A stretch of DNA of 64,000 nucleotides. Source: a bacterium (lineage in GTDB: Bacteria > CLD3 > SB21). Shown here one piece after another: positions 10,087 through 20,944 of this stretch. The stretch is taken from positions 12,668-76,667 of the forward strand of contig JAEUSK010000272.1 of assembly GCA_016787925.1 (NCBI GenBank), read 5' to 3'. The position numbers and the translations under genes are program-made. Under the pieces are notes generated by a model that did no database searches, was not told the origin of the DNA, and was given only the letters and a program-made list of their open reading frames with translations. Each line of letters begins with the position of its first letter. Within the stretch, counting starts at the first letter, position 1.

Positions 10087-10854
10087 ATGGCGTTACATTC
10101 AACTATTTTATACGGACCACTGAATACCAGGCGATTAGGATCCTCATTGGGCATAAACCTGCTGCCCGCCAAGCGTAAGATATGCAACTTCGAATGTGTT
10201 TATTGCGAATGCGGATGGACAAACGACACAATAAAGGATAAGCTTCCAACGCATGAAGAGCTGACTTACGAATTTAAGAACAAGTTTATAGAATTAGCCG
10301 GAGCCGGCCGGCCTGTTGATCATATTACGTTTGCGGGAAACGGCGAACCGACGATGCATCCGCAATTTGAACAAATTATAGATACGATGATTGACTTGCG
10401 TAATGAATTTTATCCACAGGCGCGAATAGCAGTGCTTTCCAATGCAACTCGCGTAAGTCATCCTCCGGTATTCCGCGCTTTGCAGCGCATCGAAGATCGT
10501 ATTCTGAAACTGGATGCCGGTACGGAAAAAATGTTTCAGCAGATTGATATCCCCGATAACGGCATGACGCTGGACCGGGTTACCGCAGATATTAAGAAGT
10601 TCGGCGGCAATGTGACCATTCAAACACTTTTTCTGCGCGGCTTTTTCAAAAATCAAGTTATTGACAATACAAGTGAAGAAGAATTGGCGGCGTGGATCGA
10701 ACGCCTCCGTTATATACAGCCGGTAAAAGTAATGATTTACAGTATTGAACGCGAAACTCCGGTTGACCGGTTGACCAAAGTCACAAAAAACGAATTGGAA
10801 GACATTGTTGAAAAATTAAGGCAGAACGGAATATCTGCCGAATCGTACGCATAA
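10087..10854 (+). CDS. Radical SAM protein (COG0731-like) of unknown substrate
   Basis: CNFECVYC (CxxxCxxC) cluster motif after an N-terminal YGPLNTRRLGSSLGIN block; Gly-rich SAM motif FAGNGEPT. Confidence 0.7.
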   Translation: MALHSTILYGPLNTRRLGSSLGINLLPAKRKICNFECVYCECGWTNDTIKDKLPTHEELTYEFKNKFIELAGAGRPVDHITFAGNGEPTMHPQFEQIIDTMIDLRNEFYPQARIAVLSNATRVSHPPVFRALQRIEDRILKLDAGTEKMFQQIDIPDNGMTLDRVTADIKKFGGNVTIQTLFLRGFFKNQVIDNTSEEELAAWIERLRYIQPVKVMIYSIERETPVDRLTKVTKNELEDIVEKLRQNGISAESYA

Positions 10855-10878
10855 ATAAACACTGAAGAAAGCCATTAT

Positions 10879-11709
10879 ATGATTGAAGATACCCAAAGCA
10901 AAAGCGATTCCAGGCAATTACCCATCAGCCGAGTCGGAATAAAGAATATTCAATATCCAATCACTGTGTTTAATTATTCGGGTCATGTGCAGCGAACCAT
11001 TGGTAATTTCGAGATGTACGTGAATTTGCCTCACGACCAAAAAGGCACGCACATGAGCCGCTTTATTGAAATATTGAATGACAACAAAGACGGCATTTCG
11101 CTTGATACAACTTCTCAAATAACCGCCGGTATGAAGAGCGAACTTGAAGCCGAGACGGCATATTTGAAAGTAACGTTTCCCTATTTCGTTGAAAAAGAGG
11201 CGCCGGTAACTCGAACAAAGAGCTTCATGAATTATGCGATCTCAATTCTCTGCGAGTCTGCCGACTCGGACAAGTTGACTTTGACAATTGACGTTCCGGT
11301 TACAACGTTATGCCCGTGTTCCAAATCCATCAGTGAATACGGAGCTCATAATCAAAGGGGTTTGGTTCGCGTGCAAACGCGTTTTGCACACAAGATGTCC
11401 TTGGATTTTGAAAATATAATTAACCGCATTGAAAAAACATCCAGTTGTGAGATCTTTGCATTACTCAAACGCGAAGATGAAAAGTTTGTAACCGAACGCG
11501 CATATGAGAATCCGGTTTTTGTTGAAGATCTTGTCAGGGACATTGCTCTTTCTTTATCTGAAGCGGATGAGATCACATGGTTTAGCGTCGAAGTAACCAA
11601 TTTCGAGAGTATACACAACCATGACGCGTATGCTTTTATTGAAGTAGATAAACAATCGGCGACAAGCATCCGGCAGTCAGAAGCCGTTTTGGCGGAATCC
11701 GTTTCGTAA
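10879..11709 (+). CDS. folE2: GTP cyclohydrolase I type 2 (FolE2/MptA family)
   Basis: N-terminal LPISRVGIKNIQYPI, GTHMSRF, the conserved TLCPCSK cysteine motif; 276 aa. Confidence 0.8.
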   Translation: MIEDTQSKSDSRQLPISRVGIKNIQYPITVFNYSGHVQRTIGNFEMYVNLPHDQKGTHMSRFIEILNDNKDGISLDTTSQITAGMKSELEAETAYLKVTFPYFVEKEAPVTRTKSFMNYAISILCESADSDKLTLTIDVPVTTLCPCSKSISEYGAHNQRGLVRVQTRFAHKMSLDFENIINRIEKTSSCEIFALLKREDEKFVTERAYENPVFVEDLVRDIALSLSEADEITWFSVEVTNFESIHNHDAYAFIEVDKQSATSIRQSEAVLAESVS

Positions 11710-11722
11710 TTCGGGAGCTATT

Positions 11723-12652
11723 ATGCATTTCTATCTACTGGTCTTTCTTACGTTTTTGCCCATGCTCGCATCATGCGCTAAACCGCCTTTCGACGGCGAT
11801 TCTGCGATGCGCTATCTTGAAAAACAGTGTTCGTTCGGACCGCGAAATCCCAATTCAGAAGGCCACAAACAATGCCTGCAGTTTTTGACTGAAGAACTTC
11901 GGAAATATTGTGATCGCGTTGACCACCAGAACTTCGTTTATATCGACAAGAAGGATACTTCGGTGAAACTACACGGGACGAATATTATCGCGTCGATCAA
12001 TTTACAGCCCAAAACTAAAAAGCGCGTTTTATTATCCGCACATTGGGACACGCGGCCGTGGGCCGATAAGGATCCCGATTCAACTAACCGCGATAAGCCG
12101 ATTTTGGGCGCCAATGACGGCGCTTCCGGTGTGGCCGTTCTGCTTGAAATTGCGAAAATAATAAAAGAAAATCCGTTGGATATAGGTGTTGATATTATTT
12201 TGTGGGATCTTGAAGATTATGGCGAACACAATGGAGAACTTTATCCCGATAGCTTGAATCCTTATTGTATCGGTTCCGACTATTTTGCAAAAAACAACAA
12301 GACGTACTGGCCGGCCTATGGAATATTGTTAGATATGGTGGGCGATAAGAATTTGGATATTCCGATTGAAAAAAATTCATACAACCAAGCAAAGGATGTC
12401 GTCAACAAGGTGTGGGATAAGGCTAAGAAATTGGAAAAACCAGCTTTTCGTACGTCGATAGAGGCGGACGTGTTTGACGATCACATTCCCCTATTGCGCA
12501 TCGGCATACCATGTATTAACATTATTGATTTTAATTATCCGGATGCGAGCAACCGGTATCATCATACTCTATCCGATACTCCGGATAAATGCAGCGCGGA
12601 AAGCCTGCAGCAGATTGGTGACGTACTTGTTGAAGTGTTGTATAGCGAATAG
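11723..12652 (+). CDS. Glutaminyl-peptide cyclotransferase-like M28 family protein (secreted)
   Basis: Signal peptide, then HWDTRPWADKDP and GANDGASGVAVLLEIA (M28/QC zinc site); 309 aa. Confidence 0.7.
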   Translation: MHFYLLVFLTFLPMLASCAKPPFDGDSAMRYLEKQCSFGPRNPNSEGHKQCLQFLTEELRKYCDRVDHQNFVYIDKKDTSVKLHGTNIIASINLQPKTKKRVLLSAHWDTRPWADKDPDSTNRDKPILGANDGASGVAVLLEIAKIIKENPLDIGVDIILWDLEDYGEHNGELYPDSLNPYCIGSDYFAKNNKTYWPAYGILLDMVGDKNLDIPIEKNSYNQAKDVVNKVWDKAKKLEKPAFRTSIEADVFDDHIPLLRIGIPCINIIDFNYPDASNRYHHTLSDTPDKCSAESLQQIGDVLVEVLYSE

Positions 12653-12765
12653 TATCGCGATGAATAAGCAAAAGACGTTCTTTCGATAGTCCAAATTCTA
12701 TCATCCCGCGCGTTACATAGCTCCCGAATGTGAAGAAGTAAATCAGGCGTCATGCCAAACCTCTG

Positions 12766-12876
12766 CTAAAGGAAATAGAAAAGAAGCCCGAGTACCACGC
12801 AGGATAAGGCAAACATCACCACGAGCGCCACAAGATCGCCCTTATTTTCCTTTGGATTGGAATTAGGCATAATCAT
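12766..12876 (-). CDS. Candidate 36 aa single-TM small protein (MIMPNSNPKENKGDLVALVVMFALSCVVLGLLFYFL)
   Basis: Seen only in the sequence. GGGGAAAA sits directly upstream of the ATG and the C-terminus is a hydrophobic helix. It lies in a 525 bp intergenic gap. No homology support. Confidence 0.2.
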   Translation of the reverse strand: MIMPNSNPKENKGDLVALVVMFALSCVVLGLLFYFL

Positions 12877-13123
12877 TTTCCCCTAACTTTTATTAAGGTT
12901 TTCTGCTCTCCGAAATGAACTAAAGAATTATGCTTAATTATAAATTCCGAAGAATAAATATACAAGTGTTTTTTTTTGAAATGTGATTTAATGCACAAAA
13001 TGGTATAGATTTTCCATCTTTCAGTTATTCCGCAGTCACAATAAATTTGAATGGTTCGCAGTTCTTAGATATTTCGCCTGCTGAACATGCTTTCAAGAAC
13101 CCCGGCTGTACCTTAGTTTCATT

Positions 13124-13152
13124 TTGCAAAATTTCAAACTTCTCCGTATATT
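13124..13152 (+). promoter_or_regulatory. Sigma70-like promoter candidate (TTGCAA, 17 nt, TATATT) upstream of batA
   Basis: The hexamers and 17 nt spacer were read directly; the site lies about 35 nt upstream of the ATG at 13179. Confidence 0.35.
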
Positions 13153-13178
13153 AGACAACTTGTTTAAGTGGATTACAC

Positions 13179-14204
13179 ATGATCAGATCAGCTTATCCCT
13201 ATTTTTCTTTTCTATTGCTGCTTATTCCGGTGCTGGTATTTATTTTGCTTTATCATGCGCGGAAGCGTAAACAACTTCTTCTTCAAATTGCCGATAGTAA
13301 CCTAATCGAAAAGCTGCTTTCTTCTTATAGTCCCGTCAAAGATAATCTTAAGTCCTGCCTTGTGTTCACGTGTTTTATCATGATTATGCTTGCGCTAATA
13401 GGATTTGAAGTTGGAACGAAGTATGAACAAGTGAAAATCAGCGGCGTGGATATTGTATTTGCTTTAGATGTATCCGCGTCTATGAATGCAGAAGATATCA
13501 AACCCAGCCGGCTTGAGAAAGCCAAACATGAAATTTCTACATTTCTGGACCAACTGCGGGGCGATCGTGTGGCTTTAGTTATTTTTGCAGGACAGGCATT
13601 TATCCAATGCCCTATGACCACCGATTACAGCGCCGTGAGAATGTTTCTTGATGCCGTTACCGTCAATACGACGACGTCGGCAGGAACGAATTTTGCCGAA
13701 GCCCTTGACGTGATTTCCAGTGCGTTTCCCGGCAAACCAGGCGATGAAAAGGCGTCCACGGCCGGGAAGGCGGCGGTCATTTTTTCTGACGGTGAAGACC
13801 ATAACCCGGAATCCTACGGCCTGCTAGAGAACTTGAAGAAACAAAACATCAAAATTTTTGCTGTCGGTATCGGAACGGCCAATGCCGCCCCCATTCCGAT
13901 CTATGACGAAACGGGTACCGTAAAAGACTTTAAGAAAATCAACGGTTCAGTGATCACCACTAGACTTGAAGAAGGTTTTGTAAGTCAGTTAGCAAGCGAG
14001 ACCGGAGGCGCGTACTACGCCGCATCAACCAATGAACTTGAAGTTAAAAAAATATATCAGGAAATTTCCAAACTTGAGAAATCCGAAAATTCAGACTATC
14101 AGTTTACGGAGTTTGAAAATCGATATCAGTGGTTTCTGCTTCTTGCCATTGTCTCTTTGTGCATCGACCTTGTGATACACCGCCGAAAAATAATTAAAGA
14201 ATAA
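13179..14204 (+). CDS. batA: VWA domain protein, BatA-like (aerotolerance family)
   Basis: N-terminal TM, then MIDAS motif DIVFALDVSASM. It pairs with the downstream BatB-like gene. Confidence 0.75.
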   Translation: MIRSAYPYFSFLLLLIPVLVFILLYHARKRKQLLLQIADSNLIEKLLSSYSPVKDNLKSCLVFTCFIMIMLALIGFEVGTKYEQVKISGVDIVFALDVSASMNAEDIKPSRLEKAKHEISTFLDQLRGDRVALVIFAGQAFIQCPMTTDYSAVRMFLDAVTVNTTTSAGTNFAEALDVISSAFPGKPGDEKASTAGKAAVIFSDGEDHNPESYGLLENLKKQNIKIFAVGIGTANAAPIPIYDETGTVKDFKKINGSVITTRLEEGFVSQLASETGGAYYAASTNELEVKKIYQEISKLEKSENSDYQFTEFENRYQWFLLLAIVSLCIDLVIHRRKIIKE

Positions 14205-14206
14205 AC

Positions 14207-15202
14207 ATGTTTAATTCACTTGAATTTGCCGATCCTCATTTTTTCGTCTTATTGATTTTGGTTCCGGTCATTTTGTTTTGGCGGAAAATGAAACTTGCCA
14301 AATCGGCTGTTGTATATTCAAACGTTCAGATTATTAGAGCTGTAAAGCCCTCTCTGCGACAACGAACTCAGCCTGTGTTACACTGGCTTCAAATTCTCAT
14401 TTTAGTTTTACTGATCATAGCCATGGCCAGGCCTCGAACGAGAAATTCACAATCCAGTGTGACATCGGAGGGAATTGACATCATGATGGCGCTGGATGTG
14501 TCTCGCAGTATGCTGATCGAGGACATGGGAAATCTGAACCGTATGGACGCAGCTAAGGATGTAGCCGAACAATTCGTTCGCGGCCGCCAATCCGATCGTG
14601 TTGGACTTGTCATTTTCGCCGGAAAAAGTTTCACGCAGTGCCCTTTGACCGTTGATTACCAAATTCTGACTTCCCTCATTCGACAAGTCTCTATAGGCAT
14701 GGTGGAAGATGGAACCGCAATCGGTATGGGTTTGATCAATTCCATCAATCGCCTCCGTGAAAGCAAATCCAAAAGTAAAGTGATAATTTTATTAACGGAC
14801 GGTCAGAACAACAGAGGGGAAATCGACCCTTTGACTGCGGCACAAATAGCGCAGGCGTTGAATATTCGCGTCTACACGATCGGCGCCGGCAAAGACGGAC
14901 TTGCGCGCATTCCGGTGGACGATCCTTTTTTCGGAAAACAATATGTGACCGCTGAAGTAAAAATTGATGAAGAAACATTGAAAGGGATAGCGGAAATAAC
15001 CGGCGGACAGTATTTTCGCGCTACCAATCTCAAAGCGCTGGAAGAAATCTACGAACAGATCGGACAATTGGAAAAAACAAAAATTGACGTAAAAACCTAT
15101 TTTCGATATGAAGATTTGTATCCGTGGGTTCTAATCCCCGCCCTTTTTCTGCTTTTTTTGCACTTTGTCTTGATCAGATCCATTTTTCTCAAATTACCCT
15201 AA
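14207..15202 (+). CDS. batB: VWA domain protein, BatB-like
   Basis: TM segment, DIMMALDVSRSM (MIDAS) and a C-terminal TM. The ATG lies 2 nt after the batA stop. Confidence 0.75.
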   Translation: MFNSLEFADPHFFVLLILVPVILFWRKMKLAKSAVVYSNVQIIRAVKPSLRQRTQPVLHWLQILILVLLIIAMARPRTRNSQSSVTSEGIDIMMALDVSRSMLIEDMGNLNRMDAAKDVAEQFVRGRQSDRVGLVIFAGKSFTQCPLTVDYQILTSLIRQVSIGMVEDGTAIGMGLINSINRLRESKSKSKVIILLTDGQNNRGEIDPLTAAQIAQALNIRVYTIGAGKDGLARIPVDDPFFGKQYVTAEVKIDEETLKGIAEITGGQYFRATNLKALEEIYEQIGQLEKTKIDVKTYFRYEDLYPWVLIPALFLLFLHFVLIRSIFLKLP

Positions 15203-16617
15203 TGAGACAAACCACAACATACTTTCAAAATCAATTCCTGGAACACTGCCGCAAAAACCATTTCTTTTCCAGCAACGACCGTGTATTGATTGCGGTTTCG
15301 GGCGGTTTAGATTCCATGGCGCTCGTACACCTCATGGGAATTTTGCAGCTTGAGTCAGAAATCACGATAGGCATAGCTCATCTAAACCACCGATTACGCG
15401 GAGCCGCCAGTGATCGGGATGAAGCGTTTGTTAAAAAATTTGCCTTGTCCCGTCTATATCCTTTCCATTGCCAACGAATGGATGTTCGCAAACAGGCTAA
15501 ATTATCGAGGAAATCCATAGAAGAACAAGCGCATGATTTACGTTATGCTTTTTTTGAGAAAACAGCAAGACAGTTTGGTTATAACAAAATCTGCACTGCG
15601 CATCACAGAAGCGACCAGGCTGAAACGATTTTAATGAGGATTATCAAGGGCTCAGGCATGTCCGGGTTGACAGGCATTCGAGAAAAACGCGGTTTGTTTA
15701 TCAGGCCGCTGCTGCTTTTTTCAAAGGCGGACATTAAGAAATACGTTCAGACGGAAAATATCAAGCACGTGAATGACGCATCAAACCGCGATAAGGCTAT
15801 TTTGAGAAACAGAATTCGTCATGATTTGATACCGCTCCTCAAAAAGAAATTCGATCCGCAGATTGAAAAACATCTGATACATCTGGGTCTTATTGCCGAG
15901 GAAATAAAAGCGCACTTCGACCTCGATGCGGAAAAGCAGTATTTACAAGTCTGCAAGGCCGCCGAAGGCAAAATAGTCCTTGAAATTAAAGCGTTTAACC
16001 GGTATCTTCGTGCTCAGCGTCATGCATTAGTTGAATTTTTGTTTTTGAGAGAATTTAATAAGAAGCTGCAGTTTTCTGACTACGAAAAGCTTTACGATCT
16101 CATTCAAACAAAACAAAGCGGCAAGAAAGTCATATTCGGCAATGTCATTTGTCTGAAAACTGCTGATCAAATTGTTTTCCTGACGAAGAACCGGTTGAAC
16201 AGACGCGATTTTTGTTTTACAATTGAAACAGGCCGAGACTACTCCTGGAAAAACCCGAATTTTTCATTTCGGAGTTCGTTTTTGTCCTCTACTCCTGAAC
16301 TCAGAAGCGGTTTTGGCCGCATTGCAAATATTGAATACGTTGACAGGGAGAAGATCAAAGGTCATTTAAGGCTTCGCAATTGGAAAACAGGTGATAAGTT
16401 TAAGCCCATTGGCATGAATGGGTTTAAAAAGCTCAGTGATTTTTTTGTTGATAACAAGATATCGGTCATTGAAAAGAAGAATATTCCACTCCTCTGCGAA
16501 AAAATCGGAACAAAGGAAAATATTATCTGGGTTTGCGGCCTCAGACTAGACGACCGCTACAAAGTCGATAACAGAACACACCACTTACTTAAACTGGAAT
16601 ATAACAGGAATGAATAA
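15202..16617 (+). CDS. tilS: tRNA(Ile)-lysidine synthetase
   Basis: PP-loop SGGLDS. The ATG at 15202 overlaps the batB stop (TAATG). The ORF-track start at 15124 is an upstream extension. Confidence 0.85.
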   Translation: MRQTTTYFQNQFLEHCRKNHFFSSNDRVLIAVSGGLDSMALVHLMGILQLESEITIGIAHLNHRLRGAASDRDEAFVKKFALSRLYPFHCQRMDVRKQAKLSRKSIEEQAHDLRYAFFEKTARQFGYNKICTAHHRSDQAETILMRIIKGSGMSGLTGIREKRGLFIRPLLLFSKADIKKYVQTENIKHVNDASNRDKAILRNRIRHDLIPLLKKKFDPQIEKHLIHLGLIAEEIKAHFDLDAEKQYLQVCKAAEGKIVLEIKAFNRYLRAQRHALVEFLFLREFNKKLQFSDYEKLYDLIQTKQSGKKVIFGNVICLKTADQIVFLTKNRLNRRDFCFTIETGRDYSWKNPNFSFRSSFLSSTPELRSGFGRIANIEYVDREKIKGHLRLRNWKTGDKFKPIGMNGFKKLSDFFVDNKISVIEKKNIPLLCEKIGTKENIIWVCGLRLDDRYKVDNRTHHLLKLEYNRNE

Positions 16618-17152
16618 GACCATAACAACAGACCGGCATCGATTTAAGATCATGATCTCGAAAGAGGATATCGGCAAAGCAGTGCGTCGGCTTGGCAAAA
16701 AAATTACAAAGGACTACAAGAATAAGAACCCCATTCTCGTCGGAATCCTTAATGGTTCGTTTTTGTTTATTGCCGATCTTGTCAGGGAAATTAACACCGA
16801 ATGTGAGATTGATTTTCTGAAAATCGGAAGTTACGGCGATCACATGCAGTCAAGCGGATCCATTCGGCTGGACAAGGATGTAAGCGCCAAATTAACCGGG
16901 CGCCATGTGATCGTGGTTGAGGATATCGTTGACTCCGGGCTGTCCATAACGTTTATAAAACAGCATATTGAAAAAATGAAACCGTCTTCGATTCGGTTTG
17001 TCACGCTGTTGCTAAAAAAAGAAAAAGCGAAGACAGATTTTCCGGTCCACTATGTCGGTTTTGATATTGGAAACGACTTTGTCATTGGCTACGGGCTGGA
17101 TTATGCACAGAGATTCCGACATCTGAAAGATATTTACGTTACCCATGACTAG
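16610..17152 (+). CDS. hpt: Hypoxanthine phosphoribosyltransferase
   Basis: PRPP-binding VIVVEDIVDSGLS; 180 aa; conserved tilS-hpt-ftsH order; 8 nt overlap with tilS. Confidence 0.9.
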   Translation: MNKTITTDRHRFKIMISKEDIGKAVRRLGKKITKDYKNKNPILVGILNGSFLFIADLVREINTECEIDFLKIGSYGDHMQSSGSIRLDKDVSAKLTGRHVIVVEDIVDSGLSITFIKQHIEKMKPSSIRFVTLLLKKEKAKTDFPVHYVGFDIGNDFVIGYGLDYAQRFRHLKDIYVTHD

Positions 17153-17163
17153 AGGAGAAGATA

Positions 17164-19176
17164 TTGATAGATAATCATTTAGCGCTTATGACTTCGGAAG
17201 GTTCGTCCAACAAGAAAACGAAACCTGAAAAGCCGCATTCAGGAAAAAAACGGCCGTCGCCGGAAGGGAATCCGAATTTTAAGAATTCGTTGTCCACTTT
17301 TTTTCTCTGGCTTGCCATTTTTGCAGCATTTTTCTTTTTATATCAGATATTTACCGCCACGAGTGACCGGCACATGGAAATATCTTATTCCAATTACCAA
17401 GCGCTGTTGTCTCAAGACAAAATCGTCAGTATCCACGTTACGGAAAACGAATTACGTGGAATATTAAAGGAAGAAATCAGCTTACCGGTCGACGGAGTGC
17501 CCGTGAAGTTCAGCCAATTCAAGCTCTACCTGCCATTTATTGACAGCAAAATGATCGAAGAATGGAATGCAAAAAACATTAATGTTGAATTTTCAAAAAA
17601 AGGAACCGATTTCTCAACCATATTCATTCAAATGCTTCCGTGGATTATCGCCATTGGTATATTTATTTTTATCTTGAGACGCATGCAGGGCGGCGGGGGT
17701 GCAAAGAATATTTTTTCGTTCGGCAAGAGCCGGGCAAAGATGTCGTCGGATAAAGATCCTCACGTCACATTTTCCGATGTTGCCGGATGTGATGAAGCGA
17801 AGCAAGAATTGCAGGAGATTGTGGATTTTCTAAAAGATCCCGATAAATTCACTCGACTTGGCGGTCGTATACCCAAGGGTGCATTGCTTCTGGGCCCGCC
17901 GGGAACGGGAAAGACATTACTTGCCAGAGCGGTGGCGGGCGAAGCCGAAGTGCCTTTCTTCTCCATCAGCGGTGCCGATTTTGTCGAGATGTTTGTCGGC
18001 GTCGGGGCAGCCCGCGTGCGCGACTTATTTGAACAAGCAAAAAAAAATCACCCTTGTATTATTTTTATAGATGAAATCGATGCGGTAGGACGATCTCGCG
18101 GCGCAGGACTCGGGGGCGGCCACGACGAACGCGAGCAAACGCTGAATCAATTATTAGTTGAAATGGACGGCTTTGATTCAAACGCCGGCATTATTTTAGT
18201 TGCGGCGACAAACCGCCCGGATATACTTGACTCCGCTCTCATGCGCCCGGGCCGTTTTGATCGCCAAATTGTTGTCGACCAACCGGACGTCAATGGCCGC
18301 GAGGAGATCTTGAAAATTCACACAAGAAAGATCCATCTTCATGAAGGCGTTACTCTGAAAAAGATCGCAAAGGGCACACCCGGTTTATCCGGCGCCGATC
18401 TGGAAAATCTGGTTAATGAAGCCGCCCTGCTCGCTGCGCGTCGTAATTCGGATGCCGTTGATAATATCGATTTCGAGAATGCCAAAGATAAAGTCATGAT
18501 GGGCGTTGAACGGAAGAGTATGGTGATTTCCGAAAGTGAAAAGAAAACGACCGCTTATCACGAAGCAGGCCATGCGCTTGTCGCGCGTCTTCTGCCGGAT
18601 TCGGACCCGGTTCACAAAGTAACCATTATTCCACGCGGCCGCGCTCTCGGACTTACACATTATCTCCCGACGGATGACCGGCATTCCTATTCCCGGTCGT
18701 ATATTCAGACCATGCTGACTTACATGCTTGGAGGCCGCGGCGCCGAGAAAATTATATTTAATCACTACACTACCGGTGCGAGCAATGATATCGAACGCGC
18801 AACGATGTTAGCCCGCAAAATGGTCTGCGAATGGGGCATGAGCGACAAACTAGGTCCGGTTGCATTCGGCAAGAAAGAAGAAGAAGTATTCCTCGGAAGA
18901 GAAATTTCCACCGCCAAGAATTATAGCGAAGAAACATCACGTCTCATTGATACCGAAATCAAAGCTATTATCCTTGAGGCGGAGCAAAAAGCTATTCAGC
19001 TGATCAACGAAAATGTCCAGAATTTACATAATATAGCCGCTGCACTTATTGAACGTGAGACACTGGACGCGGAAGACCTGGAACTGATCATGAGCGGACA
19101 AAGTCTGAAACCGCAGGAGACGATTAGTAAATCCAATGGTGAAATCGCTGAAGAGCAGCCGCAAGTCAATTCATAA
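17164..19176 (+). CDS. ftsH: ATP-dependent zinc metalloprotease FtsH
   Basis: Walker [12 protein letters not shown] region, HEAGHA zinc motif, two N-terminal TMs. The start may be TTG 17164 (after AGAGGAGAAG) or ATG 17188. Confidence 0.95.
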   Translation: MIDNHLALMTSEGSSNKKTKPEKPHSGKKRPSPEGNPNFKNSLSTFFLWLAIFAAFFFLYQIFTATSDRHMEISYSNYQALLSQDKIVSIHVTENELRGILKEEISLPVDGVPVKFSQFKLYLPFIDSKMIEEWNAKNINVEFSKKGTDFSTIFIQMLPWIIAIGIFIFILRRMQGGGGAKNIFSFGKSRAKMSSDKDPHVTFSDVAGCDEAKQELQEIVDFLKDPDKFTRLGGRIPKGALLLGPPGTGKTLLARAVAGEAEVPFFSISGADFVEMFVGVGAARVRDLFEQAKKNHPCIIFIDEIDAVGRSRGAGLGGGHDEREQTLNQLLVEMDGFDSNAGIILVAATNRPDILDSALMRPGRFDRQIVVDQPDVNGREEILKIHTRKIHLHEGVTLKKIAKGTPGLSGADLENLVNEAALLAARRNSDAVDNIDFENAKDKVMMGVERKSMVISESEKKTTAYHEAGHALVARLLPDSDPVHKVTIIPRGRALGLTHYLPTDDRHSYSRSYIQTMLTYMLGGRGAEKIIFNHYTTGASNDIERATMLARKMVCEWGMSDKLGPVAFGKKEEEVFLGREISTAKNYSEETSRLIDTEIKAIILEAEQKAIQLINENVQNLHNIAAALIERETLDAEDLELIMSGQSLKPQETISKSNGEIAEEQPQVNS

Positions 19177-19237
19177 AAAGGTTATTATTGATAAGGTTGG
19201 CGCGATATATACAGTTTAAAAAGGTCCTTGTTAGAAC

Positions 19238-20944
19238 ATGGAGAATCTAATTCGCTTTTTGTCGGGAGAAGTTCCCGGCGGTTTCTTTCTATATTTCTGC
19301 ATTATTTTCATACTATCTTTTTTCTTCTGGTATATCGTTCGTCATTCACCGGTGGTAAACAAACGAAAATTTTCTATTTTTATGTTTGCTGTACTGGGTT
19401 TTGTCACTTTGACATTTACCGTTCTGCGACTAGCCCGTCCACCCCAGCCTGATGTTATCTACTTAGGCATACTCCCTCTGGAAAATGAAAATACCTCTGC
19501 CGATTCATTACTTCGTAACCAGATCAATAAATATTCCGGTACCGGTTGGGCGGTGGCTGAAGCATCTTCCCGGTATTCCGAGTTATCCTCTCCACAACAT
19601 ATTATTTTTTTGAGGCCGGAATGGCTCGCTAATTCGCACGACAATGACAGTTTAGGCAAAGTATCCGTCTTTGATGAAGCCCATCTATTGGATTGGGCAA
19701 CGCTAATTAAGCTTAAATTCCTCGCAGCCGGCACTTTCAAGGTAACCGCAGACAGCGTGCAGTTAAACATATTGATCTATGAAATGGCCACAAGAAAATC
19801 CATACGTCAAATTTCAATATCTATTCCGCTAACATCTGAAAAAGAATGGGCTGAACATCTTTCATCCGCATCCATTACGCTCTCGAAAATACTGTATCAA
19901 TATGTTGATGAGCAATTAGACGAAACAACCGTAGATAAAAAAACGTTCTTGACACCCGGATTAGTAAATTACTCACGTGGAAAATATCTTCTTGCGCACA
20001 AATTAGTTGATTCGTCGTTGTCCGCATTTCAATTGGCACTTAAAAGCGACAGCGCCGGCATATTGAACTGGTATGGGATGGGCATCGCTCACGGTGAATT
20101 GATGCTGCGGACAAAAGACAACAAGACGTATCAGTTTCATCAGTACCGAACTGAATACTATTTGAAAAAAGCAGGCCAAATCGACGAAACTTTTCAACCG
20201 TCCGTTTCCGCCCTTGCTAAATATTACATGTTTTTCAAACCGGAACCTCGGTATCTTGACGCTGAGATCGCTCTGATCGGAGCGAACGAATTATACAATA
20301 AAGATTATAACGTATACTACGTCTTGAGCTATATGCAAAAACTGCGCTGGGAGTCGTTTGGATTATCTTCGAAGGAAGAGGTTCTTCAAAAGGCCATCCG
20401 GCTTAATCCCGGCGGTTTTGACAGTTACATCAATCTGGGCAAATCGTACATCGAGCTCAGCAAACCGCATGATAGCCGCGCGAAATTGGCTATGGATAAT
20501 TACAGCGTCGCCCACCAGCTTCGCCCAATTGACTTTGAGGCCATAACCGGCATGGTGCTGGCATGTGACTATGTCGGCATGTATGACCGCGCGCTCAAAC
20601 TCCTGGAATTCGCCGAAAAAATTCATCCGGGCAATGCGGATGTATACTACAATTTGGGTATTATTAATTACCATATCGGAGTGAGCTTCAAACCGAAGCG
20701 GAAAAAGAAGGAAGAGCACGCTCAATATTTGATCGCCGAAGCGTACTTCAAAAAAGCTATTCAAATGAAACCCAATCATGGATATGCTTATATGTATTTG
20801 GCAAAAATTTATGCTGAGTCCAAGAATGACCATGGTGCAATCGAGGCCCTTCGAATGGTAATGAAGCTGCTTGACCGGGAAGACAAATACCGTGAAGAGG
20901 CAAGACGTAAACTAAATGAATTTTTCCCAGATGTCGAAGGATAA
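19238..20944 (+). CDS. Membrane-anchored tetratricopeptide-repeat protein
   Basis: Two N-terminal TM helices, then repeated TPR-like (W/Y-rich) helical repeats; 568 aa. Confidence 0.6.
   Translation: MENLIRFLSGEVPGGFFLYFCIIFILSFFFWYIVRHSPVVNKRKFSIFMFAVLGFVTLTFTVLRLARPPQPDVIYLGILPLENENTSADSLLRNQINKYSGTGWAVAEASSRYSELSSPQHIIFLRPEWLANSHDNDSLGKVSVFDEAHLLDWATLIKLKFLAAGTFKVTADSVQLNILIYEMATRKSIRQISISIPLTSEKEWAEHLSSASITLSKILYQYVDEQLDETTVDKKTFLTPGLVNYSRGKYLLAHKLVDSSLSAFQLALKSDSAGILNWYGMGIAHGELMLRTKDNKTYQFHQYRTEYYLKKAGQIDETFQPSVSALAKYYMFFKPEPRYLDAEIALIGANELYNKDYNVYYVLSYMQKLRWESFGLSSKEEVLQKAIRLNPGGFDSYINLGKSYIELSKPHDSRAKLAMDNYSVAHQLRPIDFEAITGMVLACDYVGMYDRALKLLEFAEKIHPGNADVYYNLGIINYHIGVSFKPKRKKKEEHAQYLIAEAYFKKAIQMKPNHGYAYMYLAKIYAESKNDHGAIEALRMVMKLLDREDKYREEARRKLNEFFPDVEG

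Noticed and set aside
15124-15201. Upstream extensions of ORF-track starts (tilS 15124, rng 8375, pta 29869, glgC 33088, dxs 33056, ruvX 41543, YfhO-like 40016).
   Set aside because: Internal ATGs with better RBS and better homology-consistent N-termini were preferred. The extensions overlap upstream genes or terminators.
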